Shown here in pieces: positions 20,465 through 29,350 of a stretch of 64,000 nucleotides of DNA. How positions within the stretch are numbered: position 1 is the stretch's first letter; every line of letters begins with the position of its first letter. This stretch comes from Vitreimonas sp. GTDB taxonomy: Bacteria; Patescibacteriota; Microgenomatia; UBA1400; PJMF01. The notes under the pieces are model-generated. The model worked only from the letters and a program-made list of their open reading frames with translations, did not search any database and had not been told where the DNA came from. Made by a program: the position numbers and the translations under genes. The DNA lies in NCBI GenBank assembly GCA_035627515.1, contig DASPLQ010000012.1, forward strand, positions 1,199,705 through 1,263,704, given 5' to 3'.

Positions 20465-22247
20465 GTTTATCGAGCGCCATCATTTTCCTTTCCCATCTCA
20501 CCTTCAGAGTGGATTTGGATTAGTGGAAACCATTGTAGCCGTTGGCTTATTTATGATAATTGCCGGGGGCGGAGCATCGGTTATCCTCCAGAGTTTGACT
20601 CTCAATCGCCTCAGTGAAAACCAAACTGATGCCACATTATATGCTCAAGAAGGTTTAGAGGCCACGCGCTCACTTCAGCGCCAAGGCTGGTCAAACATGA
20701 GCCTAGGCACGTATGGTTTATCTAGTAGTAGTGGCGGATGGGCTTGGACGGGCACAAACAATACCAAAGGCGTGTTTACACGTCAAATTGCCCTCACTTC
20801 TGTTCAACGTAATGGGAGTGGAACAATTGTTACTAGTGGTGGCACAGTTGATCCTGACACGATTAAAGCTACCTCTACAGTGACCTGGAATTTCACGCCT
20901 ACCCGCAGCAACTCTGTTAGCCTCAGTCAGTACTTTACTAACTGGACCAAACAAATTGGACGCGGAGGAATGTTAATTTATGCTGATTACTCGGGAGCCG
21001 ACGACGTCATCCGATATAAAACCCTTGGTGCAGATGGAACTTGGTCAAGTGAGCAAACTGTTCCCGATACTGGTGTCCCGCTTGATAGACCTACCCGGCG
21101 CGTGGATCTTTACACCTCTACCACTCGTAACGAAAAAATCCTTATTTCCAAGCACTTTGCCAATGGCGCTGGCAATGATCAATACGTATATGCCCAAGTC
21201 TGGAATGGCAGTAGCTGGGGCAATGTAGTCCAACTCAGTTCATGGGCTGGCGCCACTAATCCCGAGTTGAGAGGTTATGACGGCGCTTACTTGAATAATG
21301 GTAACTTCTTACTAGTGTATCAAGATAATACTACTACTCCAAAATATCGCCTGTGGAATGGTACTTCATGGTCAGCCGCCACTGCTACGACTAATATTGG
21401 TTCCACCCCGGAATGGATCGTACTCAAAAATAGGCCCGGGACCAATGAAGCTATGGTAGCCACTGCCGATACAACTCTAGATACTAATACTTTTTATTGG
21501 AACGGGTCTAGCTGGAGTGGGGCTACTGAACATGCGACTACTTTACCACTGATCACTGCCCAGCCCATTGATTTCACTTGGAATAAAAATACTTCTACTA
21601 CAGGGGCGTTGGTATATAACGATGCCAATGATGCCACACCGGTAGTAAGAATATGGAATGGCAGCAGTTGGAGTGGGGCTGTGCAAAATCAAAATATCGG
21701 AGGCAACACACGTTCCATGCAGCTGGTAAGTTATCCTAGTAGTAATACTTTTCTAAGTTGTATCAGTGATGCCAACACGCAAGCAGATATTAATTGTTTG
21801 CGCACAGATTTCACACCTTCCTGGAACACAGTCACTAATGGCGAAATTGCTACCGATAGTGATATCGGTACCCAACGTTCATTTTCGCTCGCCTTCGAGA
21901 AAAATACTCCTACCACCGCACTGAGTGTTTATAGTAATGGTGTACTAGCAACTGACCGGAATATTCCAAAATATCGTTTATTCGATGCAAGCACTCACAG
22001 CTTTAGTAGTGAATCAAGTCTGTCCACTGTGGGAGCAGAACTAGAAAGTGTAGAACTTTACCCTCATCCTAGCAGCGATGACATTATGGTGGTAATGGCA
22101 GCAACCGATCAGGATTTATGGACAGTGCAGTGGGACGGCAGTAGCAATCAGTTCTATACCACTGGGGGCAAAGCTCAAACGGAACAAGCTCTCAATGGCT
22201 CCACTGACCAAGATATTTGGTTTGACTTTGCATGGGATGAAAATTAA
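20454..22247 (+). CDS. Large minor pilin with repetitive beta-propeller-like C-terminal domain (putative adhesin)
   Basis: QSG|FGLVE prepilin motif; repeated WNG(S/T)SW motifs. Confidence 0.8.
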   Translation: MLIKFIERHHFPFPSHLQSGFGLVETIVAVGLFMIIAGGGASVILQSLTLNRLSENQTDATLYAQEGLEATRSLQRQGWSNMSLGTYGLSSSSGGWAWTGTNNTKGVFTRQIALTSVQRNGSGTIVTSGGTVDPDTIKATSTVTWNFTPTRSNSVSLSQYFTNWTKQIGRGGMLIYADYSGADDVIRYKTLGADGTWSSEQTVPDTGVPLDRPTRRVDLYTSTTRNEKILISKHFANGAGNDQYVYAQVWNGSSWGNVVQLSSWAGATNPELRGYDGAYLNNGNFLLVYQDNTTTPKYRLWNGTSWSAATATTNIGSTPEWIVLKNRPGTNEAMVATADTTLDTNTFYWNGSSWSGATEHATTLPLITAQPIDFTWNKNTSTTGALVYNDANDATPVVRIWNGSSWSGAVQNQNIGGNTRSMQLVSYPSSNTFLSCISDANTQADINCLRTDFTPSWNTVTNGEIATDSDIGTQRSFSLAFEKNTPTTALSVYSNGVLATDRNIPKYRLFDASTHSFSSESSLSTVGAELESVELYPHPSSDDIMVVMAATDQDLWTVQWDGSSNQFYTTGGKAQTEQALNGSTDQDIWFDFAWDEN

Positions 22248-22248
22248 T

Positions 22249-22803
22249 ATGTGGCACTTTAAAAAATCCCCTCCCCAGTCTGCATCTACAGCCGCACAAG
22301 CTGGTTTTACCTTGATCGAACTCATCTTATATATAGCTTTAATTAGTATTTTCTTGAGTGCTGTCATCACCTTTGCCTGGGATATCATTTATAGCCATGC
22401 TAAATCCAGTACGCAACAAACAGTTCTTTATAACCTGCGGTTAGCGAGTGAAAGAATTACCTATGAAATCCGCAATGCTCGCGCCATTAACAGTGTTTCT
22501 GCTACCTCACTTTGTTTAGCATCAGCTGATGCCGCTCGCAATCCTACCAAACTTTATCTCGCCTCCAACGAACTGCGAATTGGCTGGGGTGGAGGAAACA
22601 GTACTTGTGCTACAACCACCAATGATCAAGCACTGACGAGTGCTGAAGTAAACGTAACGGCACTCACTTTCCAAAACCTAACTACCGCAGGAACTGCTTC
22701 ACAGCATATTCAATTTACAATCGGGATTACCAGTACTGCTAATCGCCAAGAATGGCAGTACTCACAAACGTTTAGTAGTAGTGCAGAAGTGAGGTCACAC
22801 TAA
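22249..22803 (+). CDS. Minor pilin (PilW/GspJ-like)
   Basis: QAG|FTLIELILY; start moved to ATG 22249 just after the upstream stop. Confidence 0.85.
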   Translation: MWHFKKSPPQSASTAAQAGFTLIELILYIALISIFLSAVITFAWDIIYSHAKSSTQQTVLYNLRLASERITYEIRNARAINSVSATSLCLASADAARNPTKLYLASNELRIGWGGGNSTCATTTNDQALTSAEVNVTALTFQNLTTAGTASQHIQFTIGITSTANRQEWQYSQTFSSSAEVRSH

Positions 22804-22806
22804 GTT

Positions 22807-23199
22807 ATGAAACGACACTGCACATTACCTTCTTCACCTGGCTACATTGCTCTCTCAAGTATGCTCATGATAGCTGCTATCATTGTCATCATTGGCACCA
22901 CAGCGTCATTGCTAGCCATCAATGCTGGACAAATTTCCCTGGCAGATACCCGCCAAGAAAATGTGCTTAATTTAGTTGAAAGTTGTATTGAAGACAGTTT
23001 GTTGCAGCTTAACAAAAGTAATACTTTACCATCATCACTCAGTTTGCCTGAAGGTAACTGTACAGTCACGCTTAATTCACAGGTGGGCAGTGTATGGACC
23101 TTCACCATTTCAGCTACCTTAAATGGACACACCAAAACCCTTCAAGTTACCACCAACCGTACTACCCAATTAACAATTACCAACTGGATAGAACAATAA
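22807..23199 (+). CDS. PilX/GspK-like minor pilin
   Basis: SPG|YIALSSML hydrophobic helix lacking E5; ESCIEDSLLQL. Confidence 0.75.
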   Translation: MKRHCTLPSSPGYIALSSMLMIAAIIVIIGTTASLLAINAGQISLADTRQENVLNLVESCIEDSLLQLNKSNTLPSSLSLPEGNCTVTLNSQVGSVWTFTISATLNGHTKTLQVTTNRTTQLTITNWIEQ

Positions 23200-23222
23200 G
23201 GTATTTGTTACAATGAATATTC

Positions 23223-24566
23223 ATGTTTGATAAAAAAAGCTTTGTCCTCACCTTTTTACCTCAGCACCTTTACCTTCATAAAGTAGTAGCTGGTAAACCT
23301 GAAGCTAAAGAATTACTTTTTGAAGCTGATTGGACTAAGGCTACACTGGCCACAGTGTTGGCATCGCTCCAACCACACTTAGAGTCACAGCCGGTGGGAA
23401 TTATTCTCAGCGATCACTTCAGCTATGTACTCAGTGTCCAAGCACCACCTTCTGATTCACCAAATTTAGTAACCACTCTTAGTTCCTTAATCCCTGAAGA
23501 TCTGACTCAGACTTTATGGCACTCAGCAGTTATAACGGAACAAAATGAAGCCCGCACTCTGCAAGTAGTCGTCTTAACTCATCTCTTTTCTACCGAGCTA
23601 TTGCCACTTTTTCACGCTGCTGAGATAGAAATAAAACAGCTCCAACCCATATCTATTATCTTAGCCCACAGCTCTAACCTCGATACCTCATATGTTAGTT
23701 TATATGCTGATTCATATCATTATCTGGGTGCAGTAGTTGAAAAAGACGCAGTAAAATTTACTAAAACCTTTTCCCCTTCATTTAAAATTTCAGATTTAAC
23801 CTCTTTCTTAGCGTTTGCCAAAACAAGTACTCCTGATCTGACAACGATTGAGTTAAATGGCTTACATATTAATGGTGATGACCCCACATTACGTGCTTAT
23901 CACTTGCATGAAAAAAACCTGGACTTACAAACGTCTTCAGTAGCAGACTCACTCTCACACAATACGTTTAGCCCCGAAACCTTAAATAATTACCATCCGC
24001 TTAAAACAGATGACACGATTCCAGCTGGAACTCAGCGGAGCGGTAAACCTTCATCTCCTCGTCATCATAGTAGATCGTGGTGGATGGGGATGGGGGTCTT
24101 GTTTTTGGCACTAGTGTTGATGACCGCGGCTGCCAGCTTTTTCATAATTCCACTCCTCAATCAACGTGCTGCGTCTGTCCAACAATTAGAAACTCAATTG
24201 GAGCAAGTGGCCAGCCCTACACCTTCACCACTTACCTCTCCTTCCCCTGCCACTACGCCTATTCCTGAAGAGAGTCCTGAACCTGGAGTTGTTAGTAATT
24301 TAAGAGTTAATGTCTTAAATGCGAGTGGTAAAAGCGGGGAAGCTCAAAAAGTAAAAACGGCCCTCACAGAGTTTGAGTTTGCAAAAGTCGATCTTGGCAA
24401 CACAGAACCTGGCACCGCTACTACCTCAACTCTTCAAGCTAAAGCCAGTGTACCTCCTCAAACCCTCACTGATATCCAAACTATACTCAACAATTATGAC
24501 TTGATCACCTCTGATCCATTGACACCCTCAAGTGAATATGATGTAGTTATAGTGATTCGCAATTAA
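23223..24566 (+). CDS. Membrane protein: possible degenerate PilM-like N-terminus, TM, Pro/Ser linker, LytR C-terminal-like domain
   Basis: C-terminal VNVLNASGKSGEA...GN...DVVIVI; TM near aa 287-312. Confidence 0.65.
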   Translation: MFDKKSFVLTFLPQHLYLHKVVAGKPEAKELLFEADWTKATLATVLASLQPHLESQPVGIILSDHFSYVLSVQAPPSDSPNLVTTLSSLIPEDLTQTLWHSAVITEQNEARTLQVVVLTHLFSTELLPLFHAAEIEIKQLQPISIILAHSSNLDTSYVSLYADSYHYLGAVVEKDAVKFTKTFSPSFKISDLTSFLAFAKTSTPDLTTIELNGLHINGDDPTLRAYHLHEKNLDLQTSSVADSLSHNTFSPETLNNYHPLKTDDTIPAGTQRSGKPSSPRHHSRSWWMGMGVLFLALVLMTAAASFFIIPLLNQRAASVQQLETQLEQVASPTPSPLTSPSPATTPIPEESPEPGVVSNLRVNVLNASGKSGEAQKVKTALTEFEFAKVDLGNTEPGTATTSTLQAKASVPPQTLTDIQTILNNYDLITSDPLTPSSEYDVVIVIRN

Positions 24567-24593
24567 TAAATATTACTTACGTGAAAGTTTGTC

Positions 24594-25085
24594 ATGTCAA
24601 AATCTGCCCGTCATTACTTGTCTCAGGGATTCACCCTGATTGAGTTATTAGTCGTAATTGCCATTATTTCCATTTTGGCAGTCGTCGTATTTGTAGCTTT
24701 AGACCCTGTGACACGCTTCCGCGATGCTCGCAATGCTCGCCGTACAGCAGATGTTCAAAATTACTTAACTGCCATCCACCAATGTATCGTGGATAATAAA
24801 GGTAGTCTCACTCCTTGTGTAGGTACTTTGACTGCTACCAATACCTATGAAATTGTGAGTAGTGGCGCTGCCGGTTGTGATGATGTCTGTACGGGCGCAA
24901 CCAGTGACTCTAGTTGTGCAGATCTGGACACAAACTTAGCTAAGTACTTAAAAACGTTACCTCTTGATCCTGGTGGTGTTGCCACCGGTCATACTGAGTA
25001 CTCAATCAGCATTGATGCTAATAACTTGGTCACCATCCGCTCTTGTGCGGCTGAGGGTAGCACTACTATCGAGGCCTCTCGTTAA
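24594..25085 (+). CDS. Type IV pilin, probable major pilin
   Basis: SQG|FTLIELLVVIAIISILA..ALDP..RFRDARNARRTAD; LPLDP. Confidence 0.9.
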   Translation: MSKSARHYLSQGFTLIELLVVIAIISILAVVVFVALDPVTRFRDARNARRTADVQNYLTAIHQCIVDNKGSLTPCVGTLTATNTYEIVSSGAAGCDDVCTGATSDSSCADLDTNLAKYLKTLPLDPGGVATGHTEYSISIDANNLVTIRSCAAEGSTTIEASR

Positions 25086-25106
25086 CCTCATTCTTTGATA
25101 CTCTTT

Positions 25107-25138
25107 AAACCGCCTCCGGCTCTGCAGGGGCGGTTTTT
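25107..25138 (+). terminator. Rho-independent terminator ending the pilus cluster
   Basis: AAACCGCCTC...GGGGCGGTTT plus T-run. Confidence 0.8.
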
Positions 25139-25174
25139 GCTTGATAATACGCTAGAAGTGATACAATAGAGCCT

Positions 25175-25576
25175 ATGAAACGGATCACTCCCCGCACGTA
25201 TCAAGGCAAAGTCATCAATGGGGAAAAGGTCGGTCGCAAAATCGGCTTTCCCACGGCTAATCTCGATACTCTCCCCAGTGAGGAAAACTTAAATCCTGGT
25301 GTTTATTTTGGTGAGTGCGTCATCGACGGGCATCACTACTTTGGACTAGCATATTTTGGACCCCGCCTCATTTTTGGAGAAGTCAAACCTAACTTTGAAA
25401 TTTACCTCTATGACTTTACCAGTGATCTCTACGATCAAGTTTTAGAAGTAACTTTAACACATTACTTGCGCTCACCAATGCCGTTTGACTCCTTGGCCGC
25501 CCTGCAAACTCAACTGGAACAGGATAAAGCTATGGGTCAACAATTAATTATCCAAGGTCACACACAACCTCATTAA
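25175..25576 (+). CDS. Monofunctional riboflavin kinase
   Basis: GRKIGFPTANL, GVY, E.Y..DF..DLY; no FAD synthetase domain. Confidence 0.9.
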   Translation: MKRITPRTYQGKVINGEKVGRKIGFPTANLDTLPSEENLNPGVYFGECVIDGHHYFGLAYFGPRLIFGEVKPNFEIYLYDFTSDLYDQVLEVTLTHYLRSPMPFDSLAALQTQLEQDKAMGQQLIIQGHTQPH

Positions 25577-25595
25577 AAAGGTATACTATTGACAT

Positions 25596-26501
25596 ATGAA
25601 ACTTCTTGCTGGCTCATCTAATCTCCCTTTCGCTCAGTCCCTAGCTCACCAAATGGAGCTTCCACTCATCGACGTAGAGATTAGCCACTTTCCCAATGGC
25701 GAAAAACGGGTATGGGTGAAAGATGAAGTCAAAGGCGAGAACGTAACTATCATCCAATCTTTTGCTGAACCCACCGATCAGCACATCATGGAATTTTTAT
25801 TACTTGCTGACGCTCTGGAAAGACTGGGCGCCCGCCACGTCAACTTAGTCTTACCGTGGATGGGGTACTCACTGCAGGATAAAGCGTTCCGAGCCGGCGA
25901 GCCGATTGCCGCTAAAGTCATTGCTAACCTGGTTTCAAATTCTTACATCAAGCGCGTCTTCTTGCTCGACTTACACAACAGTAGTACTCCCGGCTTTTTC
26001 TCAATCCCTACCCAACATCTTTCAGCCTTAACTTTGTTTGCTGATTATGCCCAGCGCAACTTCGACCTGAATAACTTTATTGTGGCCAGTCCCGATTTTG
26101 GTGGTCTGAAACGCGCTCGGCTTTTTGCTGATAGATTGGGCATTCCCTATATCAACATTGATAAACATCGCGATCTGAGTACCGGTGAACCGACTGCCAT
26201 TAGCCTCAGTGGCGATGTGGAAGGTAAATCAATTTTAATTTTTGATGATGTCATCAACGCCGGTGGCACTATCACCACCACTTCAGCCATTCTTAAAAAA
26301 CACGGTGCCCAACAAGTTCATTTTTTTGCCACTCACGGACCACTTGTCAAAGCAGCCTTTACCAAAATTGATAATTCAGAGGCCGATTCGGTAGTCGTCA
26401 CTAACTCTATTCATCACGATCAAACCTCCGCTAAAGTCCGCACCCTCGATGCAGCACCCATTTTTGCGGAAGAATTAAAGACGTGGTGGAAAGCACGTTG
26501 A
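25596..26501 (+). CDS. prs: Ribose-phosphate pyrophosphokinase
   Basis: FPNGE, DLHN, SPDFGG, FDDVINAGGT, ATHG. Confidence 0.95.
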   Translation: MKLLAGSSNLPFAQSLAHQMELPLIDVEISHFPNGEKRVWVKDEVKGENVTIIQSFAEPTDQHIMEFLLLADALERLGARHVNLVLPWMGYSLQDKAFRAGEPIAAKVIANLVSNSYIKRVFLLDLHNSSTPGFFSIPTQHLSALTLFADYAQRNFDLNNFIVASPDFGGLKRARLFADRLGIPYINIDKHRDLSTGEPTAISLSGDVEGKSILIFDDVINAGGTITTTSAILKKHGAQQVHFFATHGPLVKAAFTKIDNSEADSVVVTNSIHHDQTSAKVRTLDAAPIFAEELKTWWKAR

Positions 26502-26510
26502 CAACCTCTG

Positions 26511-26516
26511 TATAAT
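26511..26516 (+). promoter_or_regulatory. -10 box of proS-operon leader
   Basis: TATAAT about 20 nt before the first leader helix. Confidence 0.55.
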
Positions 26517-26533
26517 ATTTCTACAAGTTAAGT

Positions 26534-26786
26534 AAATGTCTTAAGAGCTCCCAACTCTTTTCTTAAATCATTTTAAGAGACAGAGAAGTAGACTTCGGAA
26601 TAATCATGGATAAACTTCTCCGGCACAGAGCCGTCATCTTCTCTGACACCAATGTCGTTTTTACAGAGTTGGTGAAAAAGTTCTGAGTTAGCAATAATTC
26701 AGAAAAAGCAAAGTGGTACCGCGTCACTACACGCCTTTGCATATCAATCAAACAGTGGTTTGGTGGATATGTAAGGGCGTTTTTTT
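26534..26786 (+). ncRNA. T-box riboswitch (Pro), transcriptional, non-canonical Stem I
   Basis: Antiterminator GCAAAG-[TGGTACC 26714-26720]-GCGT-loop-ACGC-CTTTGC; terminator ACGCCTTTGCATATC/GATATGTAAGGGCGT plus T6; Stem III TTCTGAGTTA-GCAA-TAATTCAGAA; specifier CCC 26550-26552; proS is the second downstream gene. Confidence 0.93.
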
Positions 26787-26860
26787 ATTGGCCATCCACA
26801 GGTAGAAAGTATCCTCGGCACTACAGTATCAACGTCTAGCAGCATAAAGGAGATGACAAC

Positions 26861-27196
26861 ATGAACAAAATTACTATTGCTGATTTTGAAAATATTGACA
26901 TCCGGCTTGGCAAAATTGTGGCAGCTGAATTGCTACCTAATCCTCGTTATACCACACACAAACTAACCATCGATTTTGGTGATGAGTTAGGCAAGAAAAT
27001 CTCAGGGGCACGGTTAATCAACTATCAACCTAATGAACTAGTTGGCAAGCTTATGATAGGAGTTATTAATTTGCAGCCTCGTCAGATTGGTAAAATTATG
27101 TCGGAGGTCTTAACACTGGGAGTTGCGGATCATAAAGGTGACTTTGTGTTGTTATCGCCCCTCTCAGATGTTCCTCTTGGAGGTAAAGTCTGCTAA
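26861..27196 (+). CDS. tRNA-binding OB-fold protein (CsaA/Trbp111 family)
   Basis: DFENIDIRLGKI, IDFG, NLQPRQIGKIMSEVLTLG. Confidence 0.9.
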   Translation: MNKITIADFENIDIRLGKIVAAELLPNPRYTTHKLTIDFGDELGKKISGARLINYQPNELVGKLMIGVINLQPRQIGKIMSEVLTLGVADHKGDFVLLSPLSDVPLGGKVC

Positions 27197-27241
27197 AAAA
27201 TGAATAAAAAGTACTTTATAGTTAACTAATAGAAAGAAAAT

Positions 27242-28687
27242 ATGGCAAAACAACAACTAACACCAAAGTCGCAAGACATGAGTAAGTGGTACACGCAAGT
27301 CATTCAACAAGCTAAACTAGCTGATTATTCTCCAGTTAAAGGCTGTATGGTCATGCGTCCCAGTGGCTACGGCATTTGGGAGAATATTCAAAAGACACTA
27401 GACCCTATGTTGAAAGAATTAGGTGTCGAAAATGCTTACTTCCCTTTATTTATTCCCATGTCTTTTTTAAGTCGCGAGGCAGATCACGTTGAAGGCTTTG
27501 CCCCTGAGCTTGCAGTGGTCACACATGGGGGTGGAGAAGAATTAGAAGAGAAATTAGTGGTTAGACCCACATCTGAAACTATCATGTACGAAATGTACAG
27601 TAAATGGGTTCAATCACATCGAGACTTACCTTTGAACCTCAACCAGTGGAATAACGTGGTCCGCTGGGAGAAACGAACCTATTTTTTCTTAAGAACTACC
27701 GAGTTTTTATGGCAAGAAGCTCACACCGCTCATGCCACTCATGAAGAAGAATTTGAGATGGTTCTAAATGCCTTGGAAAAATATCGGACACTGGTCGAGG
27801 ATAACCTAGCTATTCCCGTAGTCAAAGGTCGCAAAAGTACTGCTGAGAAATTTGCTGGGGCTGATTTAACCACAACTATAGAAGCTATGATGCCTGATGG
27901 CAAAGCCTTGCAAGCTGGAACCAGCCACGACCTAGGTCAAAACTTCTCTAAGAAAGAAGCCTTTAATATCTCATTCCTGAATGCTGAAGGCAAAACTGAT
28001 TATGCTTGGCAAACCAGTTATGGCTTATCAACTCGGGTCATCGGGGCATTAATCATGACTCATGGCGATGATGATGGCTTAGTCATTCCTCCCCGCATTG
28101 CTCCAACACAAGTAATGATCGTTCCTGCCCAATCTACTCCTGAATTATTGGGAGAGGCAGTAAAGATTCAAAAACAGTTAAAAGCACAAAATATTCGTGC
28201 GAAAGTTGATACAGACATAGAACATAGTATGGGTTGGAAACTCAATGATGCTGAAATTCAAGGAATTCCAGTCACATTAATCGTTGGTCAGCGTGAATTA
28301 GACGAGGGCAGCTTAACTGCTAATATTCGCTATTCTAAACAAAAACAAAAAATTAACTTGCAAACTGTTACTAAAGATCTTGATGCTTTACTAGAAACTA
28401 TTCAAACCGAAATGTTTGCACAAGCTCAAAAAAGAACTCAGGCACTAACCACTGAAGTGAATTCATTTGATGAGTTCAAGAACGTTATGGAGACCAAGCG
28501 TGGGTTCTTGAAAGCTTTATGGTGTGAAGATGCTGTTTGCGAAAAAGCTATCAAAGAAGAAACCAAAGCTAGTACTCGCTGCTTACCGTTCATTGATGAC
28601 AAAGGTAATGTCAAAGAAGAAACAGGAGTTTGTGTAAAATGTGGCGCAGCTGCAAATCATCGTTGGTTATTTGCACAATCATACTAA
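27242..28687 (+). CDS. proS: Prolyl-tRNA synthetase, archaeal/eukaryotic type (no INS editing domain)
   Basis: HVEGFAPE, RPTSET, VVRWE, FLRTTEFLWQE, QAGTSHDLGQNF, C-terminal FAQSY. Confidence 0.96.
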   Translation: MAKQQLTPKSQDMSKWYTQVIQQAKLADYSPVKGCMVMRPSGYGIWENIQKTLDPMLKELGVENAYFPLFIPMSFLSREADHVEGFAPELAVVTHGGGEELEEKLVVRPTSETIMYEMYSKWVQSHRDLPLNLNQWNNVVRWEKRTYFFLRTTEFLWQEAHTAHATHEEEFEMVLNALEKYRTLVEDNLAIPVVKGRKSTAEKFAGADLTTTIEAMMPDGKALQAGTSHDLGQNFSKKEAFNISFLNAEGKTDYAWQTSYGLSTRVIGALIMTHGDDDGLVIPPRIAPTQVMIVPAQSTPELLGEAVKIQKQLKAQNIRAKVDTDIEHSMGWKLNDAEIQGIPVTLIVGQRELDEGSLTANIRYSKQKQKINLQTVTKDLDALLETIQTEMFAQAQKRTQALTTEVNSFDEFKNVMETKRGFLKALWCEDAVCEKAIKEETKASTRCLPFIDDKGNVKEETGVCVKCGAAANHRWLFAQSY

Positions 28688-28698
28688 CCAACTAAACC

Positions 28699-29016
28699 AT
28701 GGAACATCAAGGCTTTATTTTTACCACTCACGCTCAGGAGAGGCTGAAGTTACGCTCAGTCTCTCCTGATGATGTGGTTAAAGTCTTGCGACATCCGACT
28801 CATACCTTCCCCGGTGATAAAGCCAACACTACTAAGTTCATCCGCACGTTGAACCAGCGTGAGATCCAAGTCATCGCCACTTATCTTAAAGATCAAAAAA
28901 AATGGTTGATTGTGTCGGTGTGGGTAAGGGGAGAGGATGATCCTGAATCATGGAGTTGGTGGATGGTAGCTTTGCCATTTAGAATACTATGGTGGTTAGT
29001 GAAAAAGTGTATTTAG
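28699..29016 (+). CDS. DUF4258-like protein with hydrophobic C-terminus
   Basis: FTTHAQERLKLR.V...V; WLIVSVWVR. Confidence 0.6.
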   Translation: MEHQGFIFTTHAQERLKLRSVSPDDVVKVLRHPTHTFPGDKANTTKFIRTLNQREIQVIATYLKDQKKWLIVSVWVRGEDDPESWSWWMVALPFRILWWLVKKCI

Positions 29017-29166
29017 TCTTTCCCCGCAAAAATTTCGGCAATTACTGCGTCTTATAACGATATTTGTTGGAAAGAGGCGACAAAACTATAGACTGTCCGT
29101 TCAATCCTTTTTATCTATGGGTTTTTTCTGCTTCTAACTGTATATTTCTAAATAACCCGGTGAGGA

Positions 29167-29235
29167 ACCCACTGCAACTGTCCTAGCTAGCTCGACTAAT
29201 TAAGGCTGTTGCGGTGGGTGTTTTTTTTCTTTTTT
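29167..29235 (+). terminator. Long terminator hairpin
   Basis: ACCCACTGCAAC (29167-29178) / GTTGCGGTGGGT (29208-29219) followed by long T-tract. Confidence 0.75.
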
Positions 29236-29350
29236 ATATTCCTCACACCTCAGATAATGATGATTTAATCACAGTATTCTTTACTTTAGCTTTACTCAAA
29301 CTAAAGTTTTCTTTAATTTCAAATTTGGAATAAATTGGTATACTTGCTCC

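Noticed and set aside
26499-26501. Alternative genetic code (UGA recoded, as in Gracilibacteria/Absconditabacteria)
   Set aside because: Conserved genes are intact under code 11, and TGA ends prs at its expected C-terminus
26498-26516. TTGACA plus TATAAT as one consensus promoter
   Set aside because: Spacer is only 7 nt and TTGACA overlaps the prs stop codon; only the -10 box was kept
26563-26751. 62-aa minus-strand ORF
   Set aside because: Antisense to the T-box RNA; no protein features
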